A program made the position numbers and the translations under genes. DNA of 64,000 nucleotides from assembly GCF_006345805.1 (NCBI RefSeq), contig NC_043016.1, forward strand, positions 23,126,001 through 23,190,000, read 5' to 3'. Each line of letters opens with the position of its first letter. Position 1 is the stretch's first letter. This document shows positions 11,986-25,140 of the stretch, in pieces. The notes beneath the pieces are model-generated. The model was given only the letters and a program-made list of their open reading frames with translations. It did no database searches and was not told where the DNA came from. The DNA is from Octopus sinensis (lineage: Eukaryota).

Positions 11986-12409
11986 TATATATGTATCATC
12001 ATCATAATTTTAATGATCACTTTTCCATGTTCATGTATGTTAATGGAATTTGTTGAGATTTTCTATTGGTAGATGACCTTCCTGTATTTATACATATATA
12101 TATATATATATAATATATATATATATATAATATATATATATGTATATATGTATGTATATGTATGTATATGTATGTATCTATTCATTTGTATATGTACATA
12201 TATATGAGGGTGGGTTTACTTATGCAGAGATGAATATGTGTATGCACATTTATATATGTATGTGTATACTTATCTATATTTTTCTGTATAAGTATACATA
12301 TCTACATGTGTGTATATGTACCTTTTGTACTTGTGTATGTATTTGTTTTGCTTAAGTGTGTATCTGTATGTGTTCATCTTTGCATGTTTGTGTATATATA
12401 TATTTATAA

Positions 12410-13080
12410 AATGTGCCGATCTCTAACTGTTGAGAGAACATGTGAAAGAGGTAAACCCAGGGACGAGATGGTAAAGCATGATCTTTGAATGTTGGTCCCC
12501 ATGGCTAGTGACTGAGACGTTTGGTAATATGCTGTGCTTGAGAAGACATGTCAAGCCATGTGAAATAACAGTCATGGCTAATGCTGGTGTCATGTAACTG
12601 GCACCTGTGCTGGTAGCATGTAAAAAGCACCTTTTGAGCGATGGGCCTCACAGAAGTAATGTAGCCAATGCTGGTATTGCATATCTAGCACCTGTGCCAG
12701 TGACACGTAAAAGGCACCTTCCAGGTGTTGGACTGAATGGAGGCAATGTGGCTGATGCCACTGTCATGTAACTAGCATCTGTACCAATGGTACTTAAAAA
12801 TCACCATTCGAGTGTTGCGCCTCATGGAGGCAGTGACTAATGACCAAGACCTTCAGCAATATGCCATGCTTGAGTAGGAGACCCTTTAAACCAAGTGAAA
12901 TCATAGTTGTGGCAGATACTGGTGGCACAAAAAAACACCCATTGGCATTAGGGAGGACATCCAGCTATAGAAACCATGCTAAATTAGACTGTAGTCTGGT
13001 GCAGTCCCTCAGCTGGCCAACCCTGGTCAAACCATCCAACCCATGCCAGTATGTACAACAGCTGTTAAATGATGATGATC
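12410..13080 (+). mobile_element. RTE LINE 3' end (ORF C-terminus plus 3' UTR with approx. 90-nt tandem units)
   Basis: KMCRSLTVERTCERGKP...AVLEKT, then repeated gtcatgtaactggcacctgtg..taaaaagcacc blocks and a ttaaatgatgatgat tail. Confidence 0.8.
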
Positions 13081-13083
13081 TCT

Positions 13084-13133
<50 letters not shown>

Positions 13134-13539
13134 GATATATATATACAATAAATAAGTAGTAGTATTCTGGTACCAGTTGTTGCATGGTTGTGTTAGTGGC
13201 AATTAAACCACCTCACACACCAGGTTTGTTTGTTAAAGAGGGCATCTAAAGACCCAACTGGACAAAAACAATACCTGTCAAATGAATGGATATGGTTAAT
13301 GTCTATCAATCGTACAGGTTGTTAGATATTCCAACCTCGTTTTTGCTGTGCTTTCAGACCACTAGGATCAAGGTACCTGTTATCCTTTGTTAAAGCATGT
13401 CACTAAGCTCTAGGCAAGTGGCCCTGCAAGGCAACCAGATTGAGAAGGATGACTTCAAGCATTAATCATTACTGCCTGTGAGACCCTATGAAAGGGCTTA
13501 GAGTAGAGACATCAATGTTAAATTGGGGTATACTAACTT

Positions 13540-14000
13540 TGTTTCATCAAGAAGAGAGGAGGTAGACACAAGAATGATACCCTAATGAAGAAATTACCAG
13601 AGATGTGAGAACGCAGTGTATGGTGAGTGATGGCATTTGTGTCTGAAGTCCACAACCCTCAGCAATATGGATGAGATTGGTCATTCGTTCATGTGTGTAG
13701 TCCAAACGCCTGACACCTGATATCTGTTGAAACAAAGACAATTCTGATTGAACTGATGGTACTATGGGAAGATGAATGTATAGAGGTTTCTGAGAAGGGA
13801 ACCATCAAATACCATGATCTGGTTCAGCTGTGTATGGTAAAAGATTGGCAGGCCTGGTTATTTACTGTTGAAGTTGACAGCCAAGATTTCAGCATAATCA
13901 GTATAGAAGATGCTGATATCAGAGTGGCAAGAAGATTGAAGAAGACAGTTACTTGCAGATTGGCAGCAGTAGTGGAATCTTGCTAACCTGAACAAGGAAG
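13540..14000 (+). mobile_element. Hero-type (R2-group, restriction-like endonuclease) retroelement fragment
   Basis: TKTILIELMVLWEDECIEVSEKGTIKYHDLVQLC..DWQAWLFTVEVDSQDF resembles the PD..IELTVPWE...K..KY..L...GW.AWLFPVEVG.RGF RLE domain. Confidence 0.75.
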
Positions 14001-14247
14001 AGGGGTTGCATTGGAAACTAGAAGATGGATAGTGGGTGGCCATCACTGCCAATCTGCTAACTTGAGGATGTGATTTAGGTTTGTAACACTTGTTGGAAGT
14101 TGGACATCATTTGATGACTTCTCTTGGCTAGAAGCTACTATTTTAGCGTGTGACTGAATATACTAGTCTCTCTAGTAGATGTGTTGAATGTGTGTGTATA
14201 TTTATATATATCCATGTTAACTATGTATGTGTATTGTACATCTGTGC

Positions 14248-14281
<34 letters not shown>

Positions 14282-14331
14282 GTATGAAAGAGAGAGAGGT
14301 GTGTAAGTGTGTATATATATATATATATATA

Positions 14332-14717
14332 TCTTTATATATAAAAGTAAGGTTGTGTGTCTGTCTCCTATGATTTAGATTCCTAACTACTCCCACATTT
14401 TGCAGTGCCGTTTAACCAAAACCGGGTATCTTATAGTCGTGATTCATATCGAGCCCTTCTGGGTATTAGCGCGTGTCTACGATGAGTCTACGATTTAGAA
14501 AAAAATTTACCATTTTTTTCCATTTTAATGCACTTTTTCGCTATTATATAAGGGAAGTAACTCTCTAAAAATGTCTACGATGAGTCAACAATTAAAAAAA
14601 AATTTACCATTTTTTCATTTTTAATGCATTTTTTTCTATTTTTTGGCTATAACTCTCTAAAAATGCTTATATAGTTATTTCCCTTACAAACCCGAGCAAC
14701 GCCGGGCGATACTGCTA

Positions 14718-14718
<1 letters not shown>
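14332..14718 (+). mobile_element. Non-autonomous Helitron, 387 bp
   Basis: Inserted between A(14331) and T(14719); 5' TC, 3' CTAG, subterminal hairpin CCCGAGCAACGCCGGG (14691-14706); internal approx. 95-nt tandem duplication. Confidence 0.88.
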
Positions 14719-14759
<41 letters not shown>

Positions 14760-15367
14760 ATTCAGGTATAGCTGTGTGATTAAGGTCACTTCTTATCCGT
14801 GTAGTTTTGAGTTTAATCTCGATGCATGGCACTTTGGGCAAGTATACTGTAGCACCAAGCTGACTCAAACCTTGTAAATGAAGGAAGACTCGTGTGAGTG
14901 TTTGTGTCACGTTATCTTGGCAGCATGTGATAGTTGTAAATATGTCACCATCATACACATGGTGTTGTTACCAATCTTATGTGAAAATATGTCTGGTCAT
15001 GGGGAATTTTTTGTCTGCTTGGATATAAGTGTGTTGGCAACAGGAAGGGTATCAGGTTGTAGAAAACCCACTCCAACAAAATTGCATCCCATCTATGCAA
15101 ACATGAAAAAGTGAACATTAAAACAATGATGATGATGCTATATGTATATGTATTATATTATGAATTTGTTTTACTAGTTTGGCTTGTAAAAGAATTGTCT
15201 TTGATGCAGGATTCTGTAAACTGCTACTTTTCCCTCACTTATTTTTCAAGTCAAATATTTTTTTAAAATTCCATAGTTCCTCAAAAGTGTGGAGCAACCA
15301 TTAATAATGTCAAAAGAGAATGTAAACATCACCCTGTTTCTCCCCAATATGACAAACAAAATAACTC

Positions 15368-15410
<43 letters not shown>

Positions 15411-16479
15411 ATACATATTTAACTCCTAAAACTTTCTGCCTGCCACAGTCACAAGGTTTTGGTTAGCCCTAAGATATAGTTGAAAACTGGCTCAGGGTGC
15501 TACATGATTATGAAATATAGCTTCTCAAATCACGCCACGATGCGTCTACCTCTTCCAGATAGTTCCTATATCTTTGTCTTCCTCTCTGTAATTCTGGCTG
15601 GTCAGATTTAAGCTTTTTTATTCTTCTGTTTTATATGTGTGTGTGTATGTATACATATATACTTCTTTGCTCATTTCTATGAAGGTATTTGATGAACATT
15701 GTACAAAATGTTTCAGCATTGTATATGTTTGTATACTTTTGTATTTTTTTTTATATATATATATACATAATACCATGCCTTGATAATTTGTGAGCTGTGT
15801 GTGTGTGTGTTGTTGTCATCAGTAGGGAGGTTAGAGGGCCTTTGAGATTGGTAGGAGGGAGTAAGGTTTCTTCAAACTGGAGGCCTGGATTGAATGCTTA
15901 CAACTGAGGAGTCACCTATAGGTACCTGAGGTGTCAAGTAGTTTTAAACCAATTGGGTTTAAAGTCTACCACCTAAGATTGATGTATATGTGTACATCAT
16001 CATCATCCTTCAATGTCCGTTTCCTGTGTTGGTCGGTTTGACCAGAGCTGCACAAGGTTCCATTCTGATGTCAAGCATAGTCATACATATCTTTCTGTAC
16101 ATTTTTATATCTGTTTTTTTTTTCATTCTTGCTTGGGTCTGGATATGTTATTGAAGCAATGTATTACAGCTGTATGCCCTTTTTGATACTAATATGCATT
16201 TTTCAAGTAAGGGAGCTTTGAAGACACAAAGTAAGTGGGTAATTTATTGATAGATGTACCAACTACAACATACAAATGTCATAACTTTTGTATTAGTGCA
16301 GATGCATACATACATGAACATATGCATGGACACACACGGACACACAATTACATGGGCTTTTTTTTCCAGTTTCTTTCAGATCCATTCACAAGGTTATGAC
16401 TGACTCAGGGTTGTAGTAGACGCTTACCCAAAGAGCTTCTTAGTGGGATTTAACCTATGCCTGCACCTATGTATGTATA

Positions 16480-16848
16480 GGCATGGCTATGTGGTAAGAA
16501 GTTTGCTTCCAATCACAGGTTCCAGGTTCAGTCCCACTGTGTGGCACCTTGGGCAAGTGTCTTCTACTATAGCCTCAGGCCAAACCAAGCCTTGTGAGTG
16601 GATTTGGTAGACTGAAACTGAAAGAAGCCTGTTGTATATGTTTGTGTGTTTGGCCTGTTTGAACCTAACCCTGGCTAACAATTGGTGTTGGTGTGTTTAC
16701 ATCCCTATAACTTAGCAGTTTGGCATAAGACACCAATAAAATGAATACCAGATTTTGAAAGAAAGTCCTGGGGTTGATTTGTTCAACTAAAATTTTCAAA
16801 GGCAGTGCTCCAGCATGGTTGCAGTCTGATGATTGAAACAAATAAAAG
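16480..16848 (+). mobile_element. tRNA-derived SINE family A, full-length
   Basis: Same head, core and tail as other family A copies. Confidence 0.85.
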
Positions 16849-17942
16849 TTATATGTATACAAATGCAGATATACATTGACACCAAGACGTGTATGTGTAA
16901 AAGAATATAAATCACAACTTTTCAATATATTGTGTAAATATTTCATGTGAGGTATAATTTTCTTCCAATATTGTTAATGTCTAACATTTGCTTTTTGATT
17001 TTAATATGTGCAAATTTAAATGTGAAGCCATGAATAAATTATTTCCTATTTTCTATAGTATAAGAAACTGTATACTAGGCAGTTGAGGATAAGACTTTTA
17101 TTAAATGAGGAGATTTAATAAACATAATTCAATCTCAGACAGCTCCCGCACAATATTCCTGGTCCATTGTCATCCCAGGACCTCAAAACTGTTCCTTGTT
17201 ATGTCACTGCAACATACTGTGAAACTTTGCCAGAGAAAATGCCTCTTGGAAGATGATGCAAACTGGAACAGTGCCTTGTAAGTGAAAATTAGAAGCCTTT
17301 TTGAAGTAATTTTCTGTATCTGTTCACCATTCAATACTCGCCAACTTTGGCATAATGACCAGGACATTATGACAGGAGACAGTGTCTTAAGTGCAACAAG
17401 AGTCAAAAATCCCAAACTTCTGGTCCTCATTCAAAAGATATTGTACAATTCATGGCTGACAAGGATCATGAACTGTATAGGCTACCAACTCCAGTAAAAA
17501 CTACAGCTGCAGTTCTTAAAAGATTCTTTAGAGCAGTAATTCTGAACGATTCTTTAGACAACTAGGTATGCGTTCACCAAATAGAGCAACTGCTCTTGAT
17601 TGAACATCCCCCCCAAATCTTATACAAGGATCACATAAGTTATATCTAGCATAGAAAATAGTTTTCTTTGATGTTACTTGTTGTGCAGGCAAAACTTTTG
17701 ACCAACCTAACTTTGATTTGTTCAGATAGTGTTTTTGCTATAGCAGGAACCTCATTTGAAAAAGCTGTAATTTTGTGCACAAGAAAGTCCTCTGTTAACC
17801 TGTACTTAATAGATATGACTAGTTTGCAATTGTTTTACTTCATTTACAAGCATTGGTTAGTTACACTGAGAGTAGAGAAGTCCCTATAAATAAACCTTTG
17901 TAGAATCACCAAGCGATACTATTTGTAGTTTTTTGTAGGTTC

Positions 17943-18110
17943 TTGCAAAATTATAGAAATTATGAGTGGCTTAGTGAATGTGCCATCCAAGCCCGCGAAG
18001 ATAACATTGTGCAGGATATTAATATGCCCATCATACCACAGGTTCCCATCCAGTCCAAATGATACAAGTCAGTTCACTGTGTAGTTGTCATTAACAATGC
18101 TACCCACTAA
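17943..18110 (+). mobile_element. Helitron PIF1-like helicase relic
   Basis: LQNYRNYEWLSECAIQAREDNIVQDIN...*YKSV resembles the Helitron QNY.N..WL.ERAILA.KN..V..IN...YKS.D segment; internal stop. Confidence 0.7.
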
Positions 18111-19694
18111 TCAGTGCTGAAAATAGCAGCACCAATTATGTTGCTATGAGATTTGGATGCACCACAACTCTGTAACAGTACAAAATGAGCTGATAAAATT
18201 CTAATGCTCCATGTAATTGAAGCTACCATTATGATTTCTTGTGCTAGGGGAGGTATTTTTATCCCATGCATTCATTTTGTCCCATCAAATATACTATTTC
18301 AGGTGATGCACCTTCATTTTCCACTGACACAATCACAAGTCACTGGGACAAACTCTTGAGGTTAATGGGATTAAACTGACAAATCCATGATTCTCTCATG
18401 GTCAGTTCAATGTTGCTTGTTCACACGTTGGATTAAGATGACACCTTTTCATCTGAATACCAAATTGCAGGAAACAATGTCTACAACAGAGCCTTTACTT
18501 AAAAAAACACATTTATGTTGCTTCACTTTTATGTGCCGCATATTAATTTGAAATTGCAAGAAAATATATAAATTAAAATGTAAAGATAATATATTTTTAA
18601 GTCAGAAAAATTAAAATTATTAATAAATATTGCTAACAGCTTCATGCACTGGAAATTTGTAAAAATCTTCAGACATGTACCCACATTACAATATAGTAGC
18701 CTAAATTAGGTGTATCTATATGTGTCTATATACATCCCCTTAACTTCTTTGTTATGTATGCCCCCTAATACCAACTAGTCTCTATCTACTCTCATGTATT
18801 TATTACTCTGTCTCTCCTTCATTTTGCTGTATACTATCTGAAAGCCTTCTACTCATATCTACCTCGCTCTATTTTCAATGATGGATCTACAACTTCTGTC
18901 TTCTTTTACCATGGATTTTTTTTGCAATACTTCAACAATGGTGACTAACAATCACTATCTTTTACTATGGATCTCCTTCATCTTTTTATCATGGATATAC
19001 CAACCAATATCATCTTTTACTTCGGACATTCCTTAATTCTTCAATGAACTAGTAACTAAAAATATCCTGGATTAAGGATATTCGTGATTTCTCTCGCTCT
19101 CCAATGACAGTATAGCTGGTTGACGTGGAAATCTTTACTCAATAATGTAAGATCCATATGCTTAGCTGTTCTAGAAACAGCTGTAAAAGATTTTACATAT
19201 TTACTATAACTACTCTGCACTATTTTTAAATTATAAATTAAATGGTCTCTTAAGTGATACCATATATCTTGTTTGTTCATTCTCTGTTTTTAATATATAT
19301 TTACCAGCTCAAGGACAAACCACTTATAGCCATCTTTAATAGGCAGCCTTAACATCAGATGTAAACTCTTTATATATATTATATATATCGTCACTTAATG
19401 TCCATATTTCATGCTAGCTTGTATTAAAATTACCAGGATCTTATGGGACCAAAGGACTGTGTTCCAGCGTCTGATCTGGCATGATTTCTATGGCTGGATA
19501 CTCTTCCTAATGCTAACTACTTCACAAAGTTGTACTGAGTAGATTTTTGTGGCACCAGCACTACTGAGGTTACCATGCAGCTTGCAAGACTATGAATCCC
19601 AAGGGGACAACTTTGTGCTTGGTGAGGAATAGAGAGGGGTAAAGTACGAGAGAACAGGGCTAGAGCAGAATATATATATATATATATATATATA

Positions 19695-20058
19695 CTCTTT
19701 TACTCTTTTCAGTCGGTTGACTGTGGCTATACTGGAGCACCGCCTTTAGTCAACCAAATCAACCCCAGGTCTTATTCTTTGTAAGCCTAGTACTTATTCT
19801 ATCTGTCTCTTTTGCCGAACCGCTAAGTTACAGGGACGTACATACACCACCATCAGTTGTCATGCAAATACACATATACATATATAAATATATATGATGG
19901 GCTTCTTTCAGTTTCTGTCTACCAAATCCACTCACAAGGCTTTGATTGGCCTGAGGCTATAGTAGAAGACACTTGCCCAAGGTGCTACGCAGTGGGACTG
20001 AACCCGGAACCATGTTGTTCATTAGCAAGCTACTTACCATACAGCCACTCCAATGCCT
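19695..20058 (-). mobile_element. tRNA-derived SINE family A, full-length
   Basis: Reverse complement of the family A consensus from head to tail. Confidence 0.85.
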
Positions 20059-20249
20059 ATATATATGTATAGTCTAGCCTTTTACAATCTAGAACCTTTG
20101 ATTTAGTAAGAAAAATTAAGTTCTAGAGAGTGAAAACAGCTTCCGTACCCTGCAAAAATATGCTTGCAGCAGTTTGTGCAAAATTCAAAATCCTTACCTT
20201 ATTTAACAAGACAAGGAATCATTGTATTAGACTCTCAAATAATATCACT

Positions 20250-20630
20250 GATACATACAAAAAGACAAACACAACTTTGTGTGACAAAGTTAAATGAAAA
20301 GCAAAGGAAATAATTAGCAATCTCTTGTTAGCGACTGCAGAGTTTCTAACCTCATGCAAGTCTTTTATTACCTGTAAGGACCATAAAGTTAGTTTTAAGA
20401 ACAACCATAAGTGTAGGTTAATTAATTCAGCAAAAAATGAAAACAAAAACCTATTATCAGCAAGTATATTTTTGACACCATTTTGCTTAGAATTAGGAAT
20501 GTTATAGAGTTCCTCTTAGGGGACAACAGCAGGTCTGTTATTAGTGGGTTTAAAAGCATAAATGATAACTGGTGCTGTAGGTTTACATAGGTTGATATAA
20601 TAGATTTTTACCCAAGACTATTTTTTTATG
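20250..20630 (+). mobile_element. Penelope-like element RT N-terminal relic
   Basis: SFITCKDHKVSFKNNHKCRLINSAKNE and DIIDFYP match the FITLKDHK.NF.NNPKCRLINPAKSE and DIVDFYPS motifs of one PLE clade. Confidence 0.8.
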
Positions 20631-21329
20631 CTTACGTAGCTGTTAGTGATTTGGACATTGATTATAATCCTGCATGTCAAGAAATCATTATTTTTCAATG
20701 ACTCAGACCTGGGCCAAGAAAAATAGGGAGGAATTATTCAATGTTTTAAGTGTTTATGGACAGTGCTGAATTATGCATGTTTATAGATGCATATTTTCTG
20801 CATAAAAATTCCCAAACCTGTGTGTGAGTACATTCAAGAACACGCTTATTTCTACCCATAATATAAGCAGGCATGAACCAGACTCAAGAAGGGTTTTGCA
20901 TTCTGCCAGTGTAAGGATTTAAAAATCACTGTTGATATGAATCACAGTAATGTCAACATTTTAAGACTTCTTTTTTAATAAGAGCTCCAACCATCCACCT
21001 TGCAACATGAAGAGTATAGTTGATAATATAAGCAAGTCTTTTCATCAGTGGAGGATGTGGTCTTTATCAGCCTGTCATTTACCATTTTCGTTACATGTTC
21101 ATACCAGTGCAGCCATTGTTTTTATACAGTACAATTGATTCTTCTTACACTGAGTTTGTCTTTTAATTCATCTATGGCTTGTTATTTATGCACAGTAGCA
21201 TTACACATCCAATGTATTATGCTGTCCTTTTTTCTTTCCAACCTTTACACATACTTTGTATTCAGTACCCATGTTTCCTATGCATTGTCTATATCTTCGG
21301 TGGTTTAGTATTTGAACAAATATTAAAAT

Positions 21330-22310
21330 TTGTGTTCTGTTTGTATTAGTGTGTCCCATCCACTTGTCACACCAAACTGTAATTCTCCTATGTCACCTAA
21401 GTAGCAAGGCATACACTTGTCACTCCACACTACCATTCCAATATCATACAGTAGAGTACCGTTCTTGTATCACTCTATTTTATCACACATATATTGGGCA
21501 ATCTACCATATACTCTGAGAGAGAATAACCATCTTGTTAGCAATGGTTGTAACTCTATTAAACTTTTTTCACCTATTCTAATTCTGGTCACTACTCTTAG
21601 AACACCTTTCCTCACTGTTGATCAGGTTACCTAGATAACAAGCTATTCTATAGAGTCCTCTGAGCATTGCAAGACATTTACAGCTTTTATGGTTCCTTGT
21701 ACACCTACCACAGGAAAAATCTCTAAGCCACTGACAGCTTACCTTCGGTTCCACTACGTTCCTTTAGCACCCATGTATCACATAATATACACTGAGTTTA
21801 ATTTCTACCAACTCCTTTTCCACATATTGAACATGGTTATTTCCCTGATCATATCAATCTTGTCTTCTTTTTTACTAAAACCTTAGTCTTCTCTAAATTT
21901 TGCTTCCATGTCTGGAATTTTTTCTCTAAATTTTTCAGTCTCTGCTATAAGCATCAACCCATAAGTGTATAGAAGCTCTTATGGGCACTTCTGTTAATGC
22001 CTACAGGCCTATATAAAGTAGAAGGGAGCTAAGAACTGAGCCTGCTACATGCTAAATTCCTCAGTGAATTCCTTATTAACTCTCACCCTGCTGATTGCAT
22101 CTGTTACATGCTTCATTTTAAACTAGATTTCTTAGTGACTAACAGATCATTGTATTCTGTCAAAGCCCTTCTCTTGATCAACAAATACTCGGTAGAGAGA
22201 CTTACTAATGTCCAGGAATTATTCTTGCAATTAATTGTCTCTCTGTGAACACAATCATCAGTGGTACTCTGACTTGGGACAAATCTGAACCACATCTCAC
22301 CTGAGTGGAT
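21330..22310 (-). mobile_element. Old RTE-clade LINE relic
   Basis: EMWFRFVPSQSTTD (cf. EMQFGFVPGRSTTD in the 40.5 kb copy) and a ggttacctagataacaagctat block shared with the 63.4 kb copy. Confidence 0.7.
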
Positions 22311-23517
22311 CTCTCCTTAATCAGTTGTACTTCATAATTTGATCCATCAAAGAAAGAAGCAATTGCAGAGATATCAGCTAGTTATTATATTGCTACACGT
22401 CATTTGGTGTGATACACTCCCTGTATTGCCTGGTCGATTATACAAATGATCAATTTAACCGCATCTCCGATGGACCAGGTGTGTGTGTAGATTTATAGAT
22501 ATAAATGAATACATACATTATGTATATTTATATATGTATGAGAGAAAGAGCAATATGTTAGGAAGCATGTAAATATAGTCTTGAAGTACTCGATTTCAAC
22601 AATCATCGGTTTTCATCGTTAATCTAGACTTTTAGAAGTTGTCGAAATGAAATTTATATCATGCTCTTATTTTACTAGGCTTCTTCTAACGGATGTTACA
22701 AATTTTCTCGCTATGAATGTTTCTTTCAGTATAACCGCAATACGATACCACACATACACACGCACGCTATTTTCGGACACCTTCATTAATTATAGAACTA
22801 TATTCATGCAACAGCTGAAAACTGCAGTGACATAACTGATATGAAGTTAGCGTAATTCCTGACTCATTGATTCGTTGTTCAGACACTTGTGACATCTTAT
22901 AACCGTCTTTTCATTTTTTTCCTCCTCCCATCATGTCTTTTCTTGCAAAAAAAAGAAAGAAAAAAAAAAAAAAGAAATTACACGTTTTATACGTCTGTAT
23001 GTAAGGCCTCCCTCCCCCACCTTTTTTTAAATTGAGATTGATTTGCGGTTTTTATTTGCCTTTTGTCAACTACTTTGGGGTGTGTCCATATTTTGGTGGG
23101 GCTTTTTCTCACTCTTGGTAATTGTCTATTTTTAATGACCATGAGTTCTTCTCTGTCACTTCCCCTATTGTCCCTGTCCTTAATCGATTCCCTTTTTACG
23201 GTTAGAAATACAACAGAAAGCATCTTACGTCAGTACATGATCCGACATTAAAAAATACAATTTAAGGGGGGTTTTTTCCCGCTTTTAAATCCAAATCTGT
23301 TAAAACATCACCCACTTGAATTATGAGGGTTCTTTTGTTTTACTGATGTTTATTTCAGATTTATTTTCGATTAACTAATGCATTTGTTGATCGTTTTATT
23401 TTTTACACTTCTATGTAAAGAAATGTTTTATTTTATTCGGACACTTTACTACATCCTTAAGCTGACTGTTGCAAATCTCGTGATTATATTTTATACTTAG
23501 TGACAATGATAAATTAA

Positions 23518-23549
<32 letters not shown>

Positions 23550-23831
23550 TGTGTTTATATATATAGATTTGTATAGTAAATAAAATATTAACTAGAAACT
23601 AGTAAAAAGCAAAACTGGTTATTTTGACATTGCCACCAAAATCTTAAAAGATATTCATGTTCCCCTGAGAACTACTGTTTGTGTGCGTGCGTGCGTGCGT
23701 GTGTGTGTATATTTATATATATATAATATATATATATATGATATGTTTTATAACCCCTTCTATACACTGTTTGTGTAATATATATTTGCGTATTGAGGCG
23801 GGGTGTGTGTATATATATATATATTATATAT

Positions 23832-23863
<32 letters not shown>

Positions 23864-24689
23864 ATACAGTAGTTATTCGCATATATTGTAAAATATTTAT
23901 TGCATAATTAGGGGTGGGCTGTAGCATTCTACATGTGCTTAAAAAATAGAGGTTGAAATATGTTGGTGATTTTTAGGAACAAATGTGGCAGTCGCATTGT
24001 ATTACTACAAATATGGTTTGTGGTATGTGTGTATGTATGTCAGCCGAAATTACTACGATGATCCGGTTCTTGACTGAAGACTGAGGGTTTCGAATGTCCT
24101 GTCCGTGTTTATTGTATCGTCTTCTAAGAGTTATACGTTCTTGTCCATGTTGTATTTTTCTACATACCTTAATATATATATATATATATATATATACTCT
24201 CTGTCTCTATATATTTATATCTATCTATCTGTTTGTATATCTATATAACTATCTCTATATATCTATCTATCTGTGTGTGTGTGTGTGTGTTTTTAGTCAG
24301 TAGATCTATTATGCAAGACGTTCCGGCTGACAGACCAGCGATTTTTAATATCAGATTTCATTATTACGGAGATGTATTCGCATAGCAAGTGATATTATGC
24401 AATATCTCGTGTATTTCACACGGTATAGTATTATTCGAGGGAGATTGGGTTACTGTTTCTAACAGATCAAGCTATATAGTATAGAAGCTACACACACTCA
24501 CTTGTGTGTATTGCAATATATTATTTCGGCATATTATGTAATAATGGTCAACATTCTTCAATAGGAAGTGTGTGTAAGCATATGTATACATAAGGTGTAA
24601 TGTACATTCAATTCTTTTATTGGTTCTAGTCATGGAATGCGGACATATTGCTGTTCCACCTTGCAAGTTTTAGCCTATGACAGCGACCC

Positions 24690-25140
24690 CAAAACTTAAT
24701 TCTTCGACCAGCATTTGTTGAATTGCTAAGTTACACTTTTTGATATAACACCGGCTTTGCATTTTGTGACAATGCCGGCTTTTACATAGAACGGACTTGA
24801 TACTTTTTTTTTTTTTTGTAACGTGTTAATTTATTTCCCTTAGGTGAAATTTGTTTAACGTTATGTCGTTTCCGTTTTGTACGGATGTCGGGGCGCGATT
24901 TTGAAAACGAACGGATTCAACTAGATTACATACACACACTCACACACATACATACATGAAATTCATTTCGGACAGGGTTTCTCAGTGCTTTTCGTGGAAA
25001 AATTCTGAGAAAATTCGATTTATGAGTACACATTAAAACCGGAAGTGAAAGTAGTAAAGTCGTAAATCTCCGTAAATCGAAGAAAGTGAACGAACGTTAC
25101 CCCGAGTTTTCTGTGTTTCAAAGTCTGAATAATCGATTTT
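24690..25140. promoter_or_regulatory. Intronic CpG-rich promoter-like element
   Basis: About 26 CpG in about 450 nt by manual count, versus near absence in most old intronic DNA; perfect ETS site ACCGGAAGTG (25038-25047); CDE-N4-CHR-like GGGCG-CGAT-TTTGAA (24891-24905). Confidence 0.45.

Noticed and set aside
19056-19280. 74-aa - strand ORF that looks protein-like
   Set aside because: Its core is a dispersed repeat also present at approx. 29510; no recognisable domain.
20198-20371. Apparent - strand exon (ttacag|...|gtaagg)
   Set aside because: The + strand encodes clear Penelope RT motifs here, so the splice-like signals are incidental.
23227-23248. Possible first exon of a nested - strand gene (ATG TCG GAT CAT GTA CTG AC|GTAAGA)
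   Set aside because: No compatible downstream coding exons found and no recognisable protein; only 20 coding nt.
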